A DNA stretch of 64,000 nucleotides from an uncultured Tessaracoccus sp. (GCF_947255005.1 NZ_CAMYFI010000001.1:27591-91590); one strand, 5' to 3'; shown: positions 52,667-61,206, numbered from the stretch's first letter. Numbers and translations: made by a program. The notes: generated by a model from the sequence alone, not told the origin.

Positions 52667-52885
52667 ATGGGGCGCGGCCGTGCAAAGGCAAAGCAGACGA
52701 GGGTCGCACGCGACCTGAAGTACCGTTCCGTCGAAACCGATTTCGCATCATTGGAGCGCGAACTCCAGGGGAAGCCCCCCGTCGACGAGCATGACGACAT
52801 CCCCGACCAGTACGCAGACCTCGCGGCACAGTACGACGACTACGTTGACGACTACGACGAAGACGAGGAAGAGCGTCGGGCATGA
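52667..52885 (+). CDS. DUF3073-family small conserved actinobacterial protein
   Basis: N-terminus MGRGRAKAKQTRVARDLKY with an acidic C-terminal tail. Confidence 0.75.
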   Translation: MGRGRAKAKQTRVARDLKYRSVETDFASLERELQGKPPVDEHDDIPDQYADLAAQYDDYVDDYDEDEEERRA

Positions 52886-53856
52886 GCTCCCCCTGGGTGG
52901 CAGACGCGCTGCTGCCCGGATACGTCTCGTGCACCATCGCGTTGCCCGACGAGAGCACCTACGCCCTCGAGCCAGCGGGTTCGCTGGTGGCCACGCTCGT
53001 CCGACGAGGTGAGCCGACGCGTAAGCGTGCGGTGCTGTACATCCACGGGTGGTCTGACTACTTCTTCCAGGCACACCTTGGGGAGGTCTTCGATGCGCTC
53101 GGCATCGACTTCTACGCCATCGACCTGCGCCGCTACGGTCGGTCGCTGCGCAACGGGCAGCTCGCCGGGTACATCCCCGATATGCGCGATTACTGGACGG
53201 AACTCGACGAGGCCGTGCAGCGTATCCGCGACGACGGCCACGACGTGATCGACCTGTGTGGGCACTCCACAGGTGGGTTGATCGCAGCGCTATACGCCGA
53301 CGAGCGCCCCGGCACGTTCTCGACGGTGCTGCTGAACTCCCCTTGGATTGAGATTCAAAGCTCGCCCGTCGTGCGGTACTCGCTGCACCCCATCATGCGC
53401 AGCTTCTCCGCACTGGCCCCCACCACGGTGCTGCCCATGGCCGACAACGGCTTCTACCTGCGCTCCATCAGTGCCGACCAGGACGGCGAGTGGGAGTTTG
53501 ACCGACATCTCAAGGGCGACGAAGCGTTTTGGATTCGTGTCGGCTGGGTGAAGGCCGTGCTCTCCGGCCAGTCGCGCGTGGAGAAGGGGCTCGACATCGA
53601 TGTCCCCATCCTGGTGCTCACATCCAGCCGCAGCGTGGGTGGCCTCGTCGGGGGCCAATGGAGCGACGACTACCATCACGCCGACGGTGTGCTCGATGTT
53701 CGCCGCATCGCCGAGCGCTCGCACTACCTCGGCAAGCACGTCACCCTGGTGCGTCTGGACGGGGCGCTCCATGACGTCGCGTTGTCGGCTGAGCCAGTGC
53801 GACGCCGCGCCTTCGACGAGCTGCGGCGCTTCCTGAGCGCGTACGGGGCCGCATGA
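52882..53856 (+). CDS. Alpha/beta hydrolase (lysophospholipase/monoacylglycerol-lipase-like)
   Basis: HGWSDYFFQ and nucleophile elbow CGHSTGG. Confidence 0.8.
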   Translation: MSSPWVADALLPGYVSCTIALPDESTYALEPAGSLVATLVRRGEPTRKRAVLYIHGWSDYFFQAHLGEVFDALGIDFYAIDLRRYGRSLRNGQLAGYIPDMRDYWTELDEAVQRIRDDGHDVIDLCGHSTGGLIAALYADERPGTFSTVLLNSPWIEIQSSPVVRYSLHPIMRSFSALAPTTVLPMADNGFYLRSISADQDGEWEFDRHLKGDEAFWIRVGWVKAVLSGQSRVEKGLDIDVPILVLTSSRSVGGLVGGQWSDDYHHADGVLDVRRIAERSHYLGKHVTLVRLDGALHDVALSAEPVRRRAFDELRRFLSAYGAA

Positions 53857-54776
53857 CGCCAGTCATCACTGGCTTCGGCATAATCGCGTTCGCGATCTTC
53901 GTCGGGTGGTTGTTGGGGCGACGGGGCATCGTCAAGCCAGAGGATCGCTTCGCGCTCAACAAGGTGGCGTTTTTTGCGGCCAGCCCCGCGCTGCTGTTCA
54001 CGGTGTTGGCGAAGGCCGATCTCGCTCAGATTTTCTCGATCTCCCTCGCGACGCACGTTGTCGGGGTGATTGTCGTGTGCGCCGGGTGCTTCGTGTTGAT
54101 GCGCGCATTGGGTACCAGCGACGTTCGTCAGCTCATGGTGGCTTCCTACTGCGGGGTGTATTCCAACGCCAATAACATCGGGCTGCCCATCGCCGTGTAC
54201 GTGATTGGCGACGGCAGCCAGGTGGCGCCGCTTCTGGTGCTGCAGATGGTTGTGCTGGCGCCGATTCTCATGGGCGTGCTCGATGCGATGGGGAAGGACG
54301 GGCTCGACCTTCGCAGGCTCCTGTTGCAGCCCGTGATCAACCCCATCGTGCTGGGTTCCGCACTGGGGATGGTGTTCTCTGCGTTTTCTCTTCCGCAACC
54401 GCAATGGCTCATGCGGCCACTCGAACTCGTCGGTGGTGCAGCGGTGCCGCTGATGCTGATCGCGTTTGGCATTTCTCTCGTCGGTCAGAAGCCGCTCCAG
54501 CCCGGCACGGGGCGTCGCGACGTGCTCATTGCCACGGTGGCGAAGACGGTGGTGCTGCCGCTCGTCGTGTACGGGCTTGGGCGTTGGGTATTTGGGCTCG
54601 ACACGCAGCACCTGTTCGCGGCGACGGTGCTCGCCGCGCTCCCGACCGCGCAGAACATGTATCAGTACGCGTTGCGCTACGAGTGCGGGGAAGTGGTTGC
54701 CCGCGACACCGTCGCAGTTACGACGGGGCTCGCCCTGCCGATCTCGCTCGTCGTTTCCATCCTGTTGCGCCCTTGA
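53853..54776 (+). CDS. AEC-family (auxin efflux carrier-like) transporter
   Basis: About 10 TM helices with typical AEC N-terminus. ATGA overlap with the upstream gene. Confidence 0.8.
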   Translation: MTPVITGFGIIAFAIFVGWLLGRRGIVKPEDRFALNKVAFFAASPALLFTVLAKADLAQIFSISLATHVVGVIVVCAGCFVLMRALGTSDVRQLMVASYCGVYSNANNIGLPIAVYVIGDGSQVAPLLVLQMVVLAPILMGVLDAMGKDGLDLRRLLLQPVINPIVLGSALGMVFSAFSLPQPQWLMRPLELVGGAAVPLMLIAFGISLVGQKPLQPGTGRRDVLIATVAKTVVLPLVVYGLGRWVFGLDTQHLFAATVLAALPTAQNMYQYALRYECGEVVARDTVAVTTGLALPISLVVSILLRP

Positions 54777-54892
54777 GTTCCCCGGATGTGCCTCTCATCA
54801 AGAGGGTGCGCTACCGTACAAGATTGGCTGTGTAGGCAGCTGAACGATGCATGCGCCCGGGAGCGGGCCGACGAAGCAAGGAGATGTTGCTG

Positions 54893-55375
54893 ATGCGCAA
54901 GGCCAGCAAGTTTGGCATTGCAATGCTGGGAACCGTGGTGATGGGGCTGTCGATGACCGGCTGCGGGTCCCAGAACGGGGCCTCAAGCGGCGGAGCGAAT
55001 ACGGGCAGCGACGCGAAGTCGTCAGCGCCCACAGCGTCGGCTGAGAAGCCGAAGGCTGAGGAAACTGGCAGCGAGAAGGAAGCGGAGTCGGTCGATTCCA
55101 TCGACATGATGGTCGAGAAGCTGCGGAAGAAGAACTACGCTTGCCAGGGCTGGAAGCAAACCGACGATATCGACGGCGCCGACGCGTCGGGCACGTGCAA
55201 TGGCGAAGACCAGGTCATGTGGTTTGCGGAGGCATCGAAGGTGGACGCCAAGGTCAAGGAACTCGACGACGCGGGCACCAAGTATGTCGTGGGCGAGAAC
55301 TGGATTGTCGCGAACACCGTCACCCCGACCCTCGTGCGCAACGCTCTGGGCGGCACCGCCGTCTCCGGAAAGTGA
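54893..55375 (+). CDS. Small lipoprotein, unknown function
   Basis: MRKASKFGIAMLGTVVMGLSMTGCGS lipobox. Confidence 0.5.
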   Translation: MRKASKFGIAMLGTVVMGLSMTGCGSQNGASSGGANTGSDAKSSAPTASAEKPKAEETGSEKEAESVDSIDMMVEKLRKKNYACQGWKQTDDIDGADASGTCNGEDQVMWFAEASKVDAKVKELDDAGTKYVVGENWIVANTVTPTLVRNALGGTAVSGK

Positions 55376-55387
55376 TTCGCCGGTGTT

Positions 55388-55453
55388 CGGTGGTTGAGTA
55401 GCATGCCATTGCACTCGGTGGTTGAGTAGCGAGCGGAGCTCGCGTATCGAAAC
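55388..55453. repeat. Two copies (one partial) of the ~40-bp GTTTCGATACGC-hairpin-GCTACTCAACCACCG repeat unit, reverse orientation, immediately upstream of the HNH gene
   Basis: GGTGGTTGAGTAGC at 55388-55402, and GGTGGTTGAGTAGCGAGCGGAGCTCGCGTATCGAAACC at 55417-55453. Confidence 0.5.
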
Positions 55454-55488
55454 CACAACCCCAAGAATGTTTTCGAAATAACTCCCCA

Positions 55489-55524
55489 AACCCCTTGGGT
55501 ATGGAACAGATGTTCGATATAATG
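55489..55524 (+). promoter_or_regulatory. Near-consensus sigma-70-type promoter for the HNH gene
   Basis: TTGGGT, a 17-nt spacer, then TATAAT (perfect -10). A strong RBS GGGGAGGAG precedes ATG 55544. Confidence 0.4.
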
Positions 55525-55543
55525 GGGGTGTCTCGGGGAGGAG

Positions 55544-56902
55544 ATGCCAATGGGTGATCGGGCGGCGTTATCGTTCGCGGCTATGGTGCATGCTCGGCGA
55601 TCCGCGCATGCTGCAGAGATCGCCGAGGTCGTGGCGCTACTCGAAGCCTCTGATGCCTATGAGATCGACGATGATCCGCAGCTCCCTGAACCCCTGCGCG
55701 TGAAGCGGGTGAGCTCTGGCCGTGATGGCGTGCTTGGCCCCACCGAAGCCTTTCTTCTGGAAGCTGCCGCAGCGACAGGCATGAGTTTCGGGGGAATGCG
55801 GGAGCGCACGTCGCAGGCACTCAGCGTTCGAGTTCGGCATCCTCGTGTGTGGGGGCTGTTCATCTCAGGTGGCGTCCAGTGGTGGGTAGTCCGCAACATC
55901 GAGGAGGCGTGCCAAGAGCTGTCGTTCGAGGCGGCGCTGGAGGTAGATCGCCGAGCCTCGCATTGGGTGAGCATGCACCCGGTGTGGAGCGTGCTGGATC
56001 AGCTCTCTCGGTGGGTGATGGAAGCAGATCCCGATGAAGCTAAGCGTAAAGCTGCCTTGTCGAGAAACGGCCGGTTCGTGCACGTCGGGCGTTTTGAAGA
56101 CAATCACGTCCGGCTATTCGGGCGCGTCGACGCCGCTGACGGGGTGCTCTTCGACCAAGCGTTAGACCAGATCGCCGCCTCGCTGCCAACACCCGAAGTT
56201 CCGGAGGAGCTCGAGCCCGAAGAACGGTCGTGGTTTATCCGTGGGCAGCGGCGCGCTGCTGCGTTCGGGGTGTTTGCGCGCCAAGCCATTGGTCAAGACA
56301 GCCTGATGGACGTCGAGATGGTGGTCCATGTTCCCGCTGAGCCTGCGTCAGCAGATGGCCATTCCCAGGAAGCTGGAGCGCCGCTGGGTTCTGTCGCTTA
56401 CGTTGAAGGCTGGGGCAACTTGCTCACCGCCACGATGCCTGAGTTCTTGAAGGGCGCGAACGTCACGGTTCGGCCAGTCCTTGATCCGAATATGATCCCC
56501 AGCCCTGGGGGGAAAGAACCCACCGCTGATCAACGACGAGCCCTCATGGTGAGGAACCCCCGTTCGGTGTTCCCGTTTGCGACCACGAAGGTAAAGGACT
56601 GCGACGTCGACCACACGGTGAGCTTCTGTCTAACTGGCGGAGGCGGGGCCACGTCGATGGCGAATATGGGCCCGCTTGATCGAAGGGCACACCGAGCGAA
56701 GACAGCCGGCTACTGGCGGCTCGCTCAGCCCGAGCCAGGGGTGTTCCATTGGATCTCGCCGCTGGGGTATGAATACCAGGTCACCGGGCAAGGCACCGTT
56801 ATGACGCGCTTGCCCGACGTGCCCGTTGCGCCCATCGCAGAAGTGCCGCCTCAACCCCCTCCCGAATACGAGCCACCTCCCGACTACGCACGAGCTGCGT
56901 AG
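55544..56902 (+). CDS. DUF222-family HNH endonuclease domain protein (REP13E12-like repeat-element protein)
   Basis: C-terminal HNH region KDCDVDHTVSF...GATSMANMGPLDRRAHRAKT, characteristic of the actinobacterial DUF222/13E12 family. Flanked by repeats on both sides. Confidence 0.8.
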   Translation: MPMGDRAALSFAAMVHARRSAHAAEIAEVVALLEASDAYEIDDDPQLPEPLRVKRVSSGRDGVLGPTEAFLLEAAAATGMSFGGMRERTSQALSVRVRHPRVWGLFISGGVQWWVVRNIEEACQELSFEAALEVDRRASHWVSMHPVWSVLDQLSRWVMEADPDEAKRKAALSRNGRFVHVGRFEDNHVRLFGRVDAADGVLFDQALDQIAASLPTPEVPEELEPEERSWFIRGQRRAAAFGVFARQAIGQDSLMDVEMVVHVPAEPASADGHSQEAGAPLGSVAYVEGWGNLLTATMPEFLKGANVTVRPVLDPNMIPSPGGKEPTADQRRALMVRNPRSVFPFATTKVKDCDVDHTVSFCLTGGGGATSMANMGPLDRRAHRAKTAGYWRLAQPEPGVFHWISPLGYEYQVTGQGTVMTRLPDVPVAPIAEVPPQPPPEYEPPPDYARAA

Positions 56903-57822
56903 TTCTACCCGACGATGGCCCTGTCGCCCCGTATACCGTCCTGGTTGCGGGGTAGCAGGGGATATTTGAGGTGAGGGCGTGGTTTCGATACGCGGCCTGC
57001 GGCCGCTACTCAACCACCGAAGGCTCCGATCATCGAGTAGGCGGCGTAGCCGCCGTTTCGAGGCGTATCGGCCGCCAATACTCAGCCCCGCCGGCATAAG
57101 GAATGAGGGATTCCACCGAAAACGGTGGAATCCCTCATTCCTTATCGCCAACGCCATCACTCAAGTTCGTCTTGATGCGCCGGATCCGGCGGCTACTGAA
57201 TTGTTGAGCGGGCAGCGTCGCCCTATCGTCGAGTAGTGCAGTCGGCGTGGGGAGGGGCGAGCACTCCTATAGTTGGCGGTGTGGTGAGAGCCGAGTGCGG
57301 GCTCCCAGGCCTACCTAGGAAATGCTCGTCAACTCTGAGGAACTGGCCGTAGCACGGTCGTTGCCTGATGTCTCCTTGAGCTGGAAGCACTTGGCGGCTG
57401 GTGCGGAGGCACTGCTCTTCGATGACGTGGCTGAGGAACTGTGGGAGGATCGGGCCTAGCCCCATCCCGGCCATCTAGCAGGTGACGTAGCCGCCGTATC
57501 GAGGCGCACCGAGTGAGAAACTTCAAAATCCGTACGCAGATTCGCTTACTCCCCTAAAACCGGAGGGTTTGGTCAATCTGCGTACGGATATTGAAGTTTG
57601 GCGCTGGGTTTCGATACACAGACTTCGCCTGCCGCTCAACCACCGGGGGCGCTTGTCTCGATGATTGAGTAGCGGCCGCAGGCCGCGTATCGACATCATC
57701 CCGGGCGTGTTTTCGATACGCCCGCTCCGCGGACTACTCAACCACCGAAAGGGGAAGAACACCCGACCATCGGGTAGCGCCGCAGGCGCCTATCGAGATG
57801 CAGTAAGGAAGGGAGAACGAAC
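56903..57822. repeat. 0.9-kb non-coding mosaic of at least three repeat families and two very long perfect hairpins
   Basis: 40-bp unit copies at 56981-57023 (forward), 57606-57649 (forward, degenerate), 57655-57695 (reverse) and 57709-57753 (forward). Sub-repeat GTAGCCGCCGT(A/T)TCGAGGCG at 57042-57062 and 57487-57506. A 23-bp perfect-stem hairpin with AAAA loop at 57096-57145. A ~24-bp-stem hairpin at 57519-57598. Confidence 0.6.
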
Positions 57823-57899
57823 TGGTGGCCAGGGCCGGGGTCGAACCGGCGACCTTTCACTTTTCAGGCGAACGCTGCTACCAACTGAGCTACCTGGCC
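57823..57899 (-). tRNA. tRNA-Phe (GAA), CCA encoded
   Basis: Cloverleaf GGCCAGG acceptor, GTTCGACC T-loop, anticodon loop CTGAAAA. Confidence 0.8.
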
Positions 57900-57922
57900 G
57901 TGCGGCCTGAATTCAGACCTAG

Positions 57923-57996
57923 CGACCCCGACGGGACTCGAACCCGCGACCTCCGCCGTGACAGGGCGGCGCGCTAACCAACTGCGCTACGGGGCC
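57923..57996 (-). tRNA. tRNA-Asp (GTC)
   Basis: GGCCCCGTAGCGCAGTTGGTTAGCGCG...CCTGTCACG anticodon loop. TTCGAGT T-loop. Confidence 0.8.
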
Positions 57997-58110
57997 AATT
58001 TCTTGACCTGCTGGCGTGAGCCAACTCGGCAACTATAGCCAGGCCTGCGTCGTTATGGGAAATCGACGTGGCGGGGCACTTCGTCGCCACTTCCCTCGCG
58101 GGAAGCTTCG

Positions 58111-58183
58111 CATCCCCAACGGGATTCGAACCCGTGTTGCCGCCGTGAAAGGGCGGAGTCCTAGGCCGCTAGACGATGGGGAC
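58111..58183 (-). tRNA. tRNA-Glu (TTC)
   Basis: GTCCCCATCGTCTAGCGGCCTAGGAC...CCTTTCACGG, closely parallel to the canonical bacterial tRNA-Glu. Confidence 0.8.
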
Positions 58184-58355
58184 CAGCTCGGAGAACTGTA
58201 CCGGATACCGGCCCGATCACACAAAGCGACGCCGACGTGCCTCGTCGAACCCCACGGGCACGGCTCACGGCTCAGGTGACCTTCGTTGACGTTACAGTGC
58301 TGAGCAGTCGCCGAATCCCGCGACTGGACGCCTCCGCAATGGACAAGGGACATCC

Positions 58356-59183
58356 ATGACACTGCACCGACGCCGCGCGCGCGGCCTTCTCGTGCTTCTC
58401 GCCGTAGCGCTCACGCTGGGGGCCTGCTCATCCGGTGAAGAGCCAAGCCCGACGCAGAGCCCCGCTCCAACCGCCTCGAGCGCGTCCGAGGCCGAACAGC
58501 CAACGGGAGCGCCGAGCGAACCGTCGTCGAAAACTTCCGCCGCGGAAATGCAACAACCGCAAGGGCCGACGACGCCAGCCGCGTCGGGGGAGAGGGTGTC
58601 GCAGGAGCAGATCCAGGCGGCCATCGACGCGTTCGTGAAGAAGCACGAGGGGGCCCAGCAGATCCCGGGCAGCGAGATCGACCCCGGCGAACTCGCCGAT
58701 GATTCGGAAGATATGAAGATCGAACCCCAACAGTGCCGGGACTTCTACCACGATCTGCAGGATGGGGACTTGCCGGAGGGAGGCAGGACGCACGTCGCCA
58801 TACACCGCAATACCGGCTTGGGGAACGTGGTCTGGCTGAGCATCCAGGAATATCAGACCGCTGAGGATGCGCGGCAGATGGCAATCGACAGGGGTGAGCC
58901 GGTTCCGCATCAGTGCAATGAGGCAAAGACCGAAACCAATGGCGTCATGATGACCCTGCACTACACGCAGCTCGAGGCGCCGACGTTCGACAACGTCGAC
59001 ATGACAAGCGCCATGCACATGGTTCAGACCATCCCCGGGGGTGCGTCTACCACCACCAACTCCGTGAGCGCGTTGAAGGGCAACGTGGTGGTCTCCTCGT
59101 CGCTGCATTCGGTGGACGGCTCACTCACCCCGCAGGAGGCGGTGGCCATCGTCCGGGACGCTTTGGAGGCGATGGAGCAGTAG
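58356..59183 (+). CDS. Secreted lipoprotein, unknown function
   Basis: Signal/lipobox LLVLLAVALTLGACSSG then a Pro/Ser-rich low-complexity linker. Confidence 0.5.
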   Translation: MTLHRRRARGLLVLLAVALTLGACSSGEEPSPTQSPAPTASSASEAEQPTGAPSEPSSKTSAAEMQQPQGPTTPAASGERVSQEQIQAAIDAFVKKHEGAQQIPGSEIDPGELADDSEDMKIEPQQCRDFYHDLQDGDLPEGGRTHVAIHRNTGLGNVVWLSIQEYQTAEDARQMAIDRGEPVPHQCNEAKTETNGVMMTLHYTQLEAPTFDNVDMTSAMHMVQTIPGGASTTTNSVSALKGNVVVSSSLHSVDGSLTPQEAVAIVRDALEAMEQ

Positions 59184-59239
59184 CGCAAGCGCAGGGCGCA
59201 TCCTTGCATCGGTGTGCACCTGGCGCTGTACGACCGGCA

Positions 59240-60661
59240 TCAGTTCGAACTGATGTGCACGTGGTCGTAGTGGTTCGCGGTGTCGCTTCCGCGATTCGAC
59301 ATCGGGCGCCACCCCTCCCTGCTGCGCGCAACGCTCCAGATCTTCTGATCCCAGATGATGTACTTGATGTTCAGCTCGCGCGCGTACTTCTGGTAGTAGC
59401 GGGCAACTTGCCACCCAAGCTGATTGTTCTTCTTGTAGTTGGGGATCATGAGGTCGACGGCGCGCCCAGCCGGGTGATCCGGGGTCACGTCGCGACGCCA
59501 CCCGTAGTGGGTCTTGATCTGCGGGAAGCGCGCCCATGCGTCGGCGGAGATGCGCTGGATATACGGGTTCGTCCGGTGCATGCCCGACGAGTACCCCTTG
59601 TTGAGGGCTTTGCCGCGAGGGCCGCCGGTGATGGGTGTGGTCGGGAGGGTACCCGAGCTGCTCCAAGCATCGGGCGCGGGCGTCGACGGTGCGGTCGAGG
59701 TGGTGTAGCGAGAGGTCACCCAGCGCAGCGCGCCCTTATGCACAATCTCGGCGCGTCCGTTGGCGACCTTGCCGGTAATGGCGATCTCAGAGCCCTTGGG
59801 GATCTCGTGGTTGTAGCGTGATCCGCTGCTGGCGTACCAGATGTTGAGGTCTGCGGTGGCCCAGCGTTTCGTCGTTGACGGCAGCTTGGCGTTGTTGCCC
59901 GGGTTCGTGGACGACGCATCGACACTGCGGAGCCACTTCGACGCCGCCCAGCGTTTGCTCCCCTGGTAGATCACCTCGGTGAATTCACCATGCGTGCGGC
60001 CCGTCACGGGCAGCAGGCTACCCTTCTTAGCCGTCGCTATGCGGCGGTGCTTCGTGCCAGGCCCCATGCGCACATTCAGGTTTTCGGTGGTTTGTGCCAT
60101 GCGCGTTCCGCGGGTGGATGCCGACGGTGCCGGTGCGGCACCCGTCGTTGGGGACGTCAAATATCTGGTGGCCACCCAGCGAGGTGCGCCCTTCCAGCTG
60201 ATCTGCGTGTACTCGCCGGAACGCTTTCCGGTGAGGCTCACGACGGTGCCCTTCGTAGCCAGGGCGACGCGTTGGTGTTTGATGGACGGGCCAGATCGGA
60301 CGATGAGGTTCGCTGTTGTGCGGGATCGTCCGGATGCCGATGCCGAGGTCACCGGGGCTGCCGGCTGACGCGTCGTGGTGAGGTATTTCGAATAGACGTA
60401 GGCCACGCGCCCGTTCCAGGTGACCTTCGTCCAGCCGTTCGCGGTGCCGGAGGCATGCACCTTCGCTCCGGGGTTCAGAATCGTGAGGGACTTGCTGTTC
60501 GTCGTGGGTTGCGTGCGGACGTGCACCCGTGTAGTTGCCTGCACAGTGCCAGAATGTGCGTCCGCGCCTGGCCCGGTGGCCAGGGATCCGAACAGTTGAA
60601 CTCCGAGCGCCAAGGAGGCAGCAGCCGCAGTCACGCGCAGCCCTTGGATAGCCCTCACCAT
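59240..60661 (-). CDS. Secreted cell-wall hydrolase: signal peptide, 3-4 bacterial SH3 (SH3b) repeats, C-terminal LAS/M15-family peptidase domain
   Basis: Repeated ~60-aa units (TANLIVRSGPSIKHQRVALATKGTVVSLTGKRSGEYTQISWKG...). C-terminal HxxGxAxD (DHPAGRAVDL) and HYDHVH metal-ligand motifs. Confidence 0.75.
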   Translation of the reverse strand: MVRAIQGLRVTAAAASLALGVQLFGSLATGPGADAHSGTVQATTRVHVRTQPTTNSKSLTILNPGAKVHASGTANGWTKVTWNGRVAYVYSKYLTTTRQPAAPVTSASASGRSRTTANLIVRSGPSIKHQRVALATKGTVVSLTGKRSGEYTQISWKGAPRWVATRYLTSPTTGAAPAPSASTRGTRMAQTTENLNVRMGPGTKHRRIATAKKGSLLPVTGRTHGEFTEVIYQGSKRWAASKWLRSVDASSTNPGNNAKLPSTTKRWATADLNIWYASSGSRYNHEIPKGSEIAITGKVANGRAEIVHKGALRWVTSRYTTSTAPSTPAPDAWSSSGTLPTTPITGGPRGKALNKGYSSGMHRTNPYIQRISADAWARFPQIKTHYGWRRDVTPDHPAGRAVDLMIPNYKKNNQLGWQVARYYQKYARELNIKYIIWDQKIWSVARSREGWRPMSNRGSDTANHYDHVHISSN

Positions 60662-60800
60662 GTCTCCTCACGTTGTGGACAGAACTCCCGGATGCACCGC
60701 TTCCCCGGAATCATGAGACTCCCGGCACATCCGGTCCCGAGGACACTAGGGCCCCCAAAGTGGCAGGGACAAGGCAGGTTGATGGTTGGTTGAGGTTTGA
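60662..60800 (-). ncRNA. Candidate structured 5' leader (possible ydaO-type c-di-AMP riboswitch) of the SH3b-M15 hydrolase gene
   Basis: Minus-strand leader reads ...UUUGGGGGCCCUAG...CCGGAUGUGCCGGG...GAUUCCGGGGAAGCGGUGCAUCCGGGAG... These resemble the conserved GGGGGACCC / GGGUGAAUCC / CCCGG blocks of the ydaO class, which commonly precedes actinobacterial cell-wall hydrolase genes. Confidence 0.3.
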
Positions 60801-61063
60801 ACGCACGGAGCCACGCCGGTACGTCGCTACGAATCACACACATGTAATTCTTACGGCTAGGCGTCTCTGACTAGGGGTTATGTTGACTACTGCGGCACAT
60901 CCTGGCGTGGCAGTAGAGCTGAATAAAGCCTGAGTGTAACTCTCAGCGAATCACTTGAAGTACAGCTTGAGGTTCAGGTTGTAGCAGGTTGAGGTTTGAA
61001 TCCATCGCACCAGTGTGTGCAGCGCAGTGGAAGCGAGCGATGCCGCACGTTGCATCGTCGTGG

Positions 61064-61139
61064 TGGTGCCCCCAGCGGGGATCGAACCCGCGACCCATGG
61101 ATTAAAAGTCCACTGCTCTGCCAACTGAGCTATAGGGGC
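61064..61139 (-). tRNA. tRNA-Lys (TTT), CCA encoded
   Basis: GCCCCTATAGCTCAGTTGGCAGAGCA...ACTTTTAATCC anticodon loop...GGGTTCGATCCCCGCTGGGGGCACCA. Confidence 0.8.
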
Positions 61140-61206
61140 CATCACAGTCTAGAGCATCGACGCCAAACTGCCACTTCGGGCTTGGCCCCTCTGGCACAGT
61201 GAAGGC

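Noticed and set aside
55376-57800. Possible CRISPR array, suggested by repeated ~40-bp units
   Set aside because: The units occur in both orientations with irregular spacing, the spacers are not of uniform length, the repeats themselves are degenerate, and no cas genes are present. This fits a REP/MITE-type mosaic better.
56979-57910. Small ORFs 56979-57236 (+), 57523-57762 (-) and 57665-57910 (+), all containing the peptide SIRGLRPLLNHR
   Set aside because: They are translations of the 40-bp DNA repeat unit read in different frames and orientations. Their length and position are dictated by the repeats, and one of them overlaps a tRNA gene. They are not genes.
60951-61030. Additional tRNA or tRNA fragment suggested by GGTTTGAATCC...CACCA
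   Set aside because: It cannot be folded into a cloverleaf with consistent acceptor and T stems. It is only mentioned as a possible att-like remnant inside the tRNA-bracketed segment finding.
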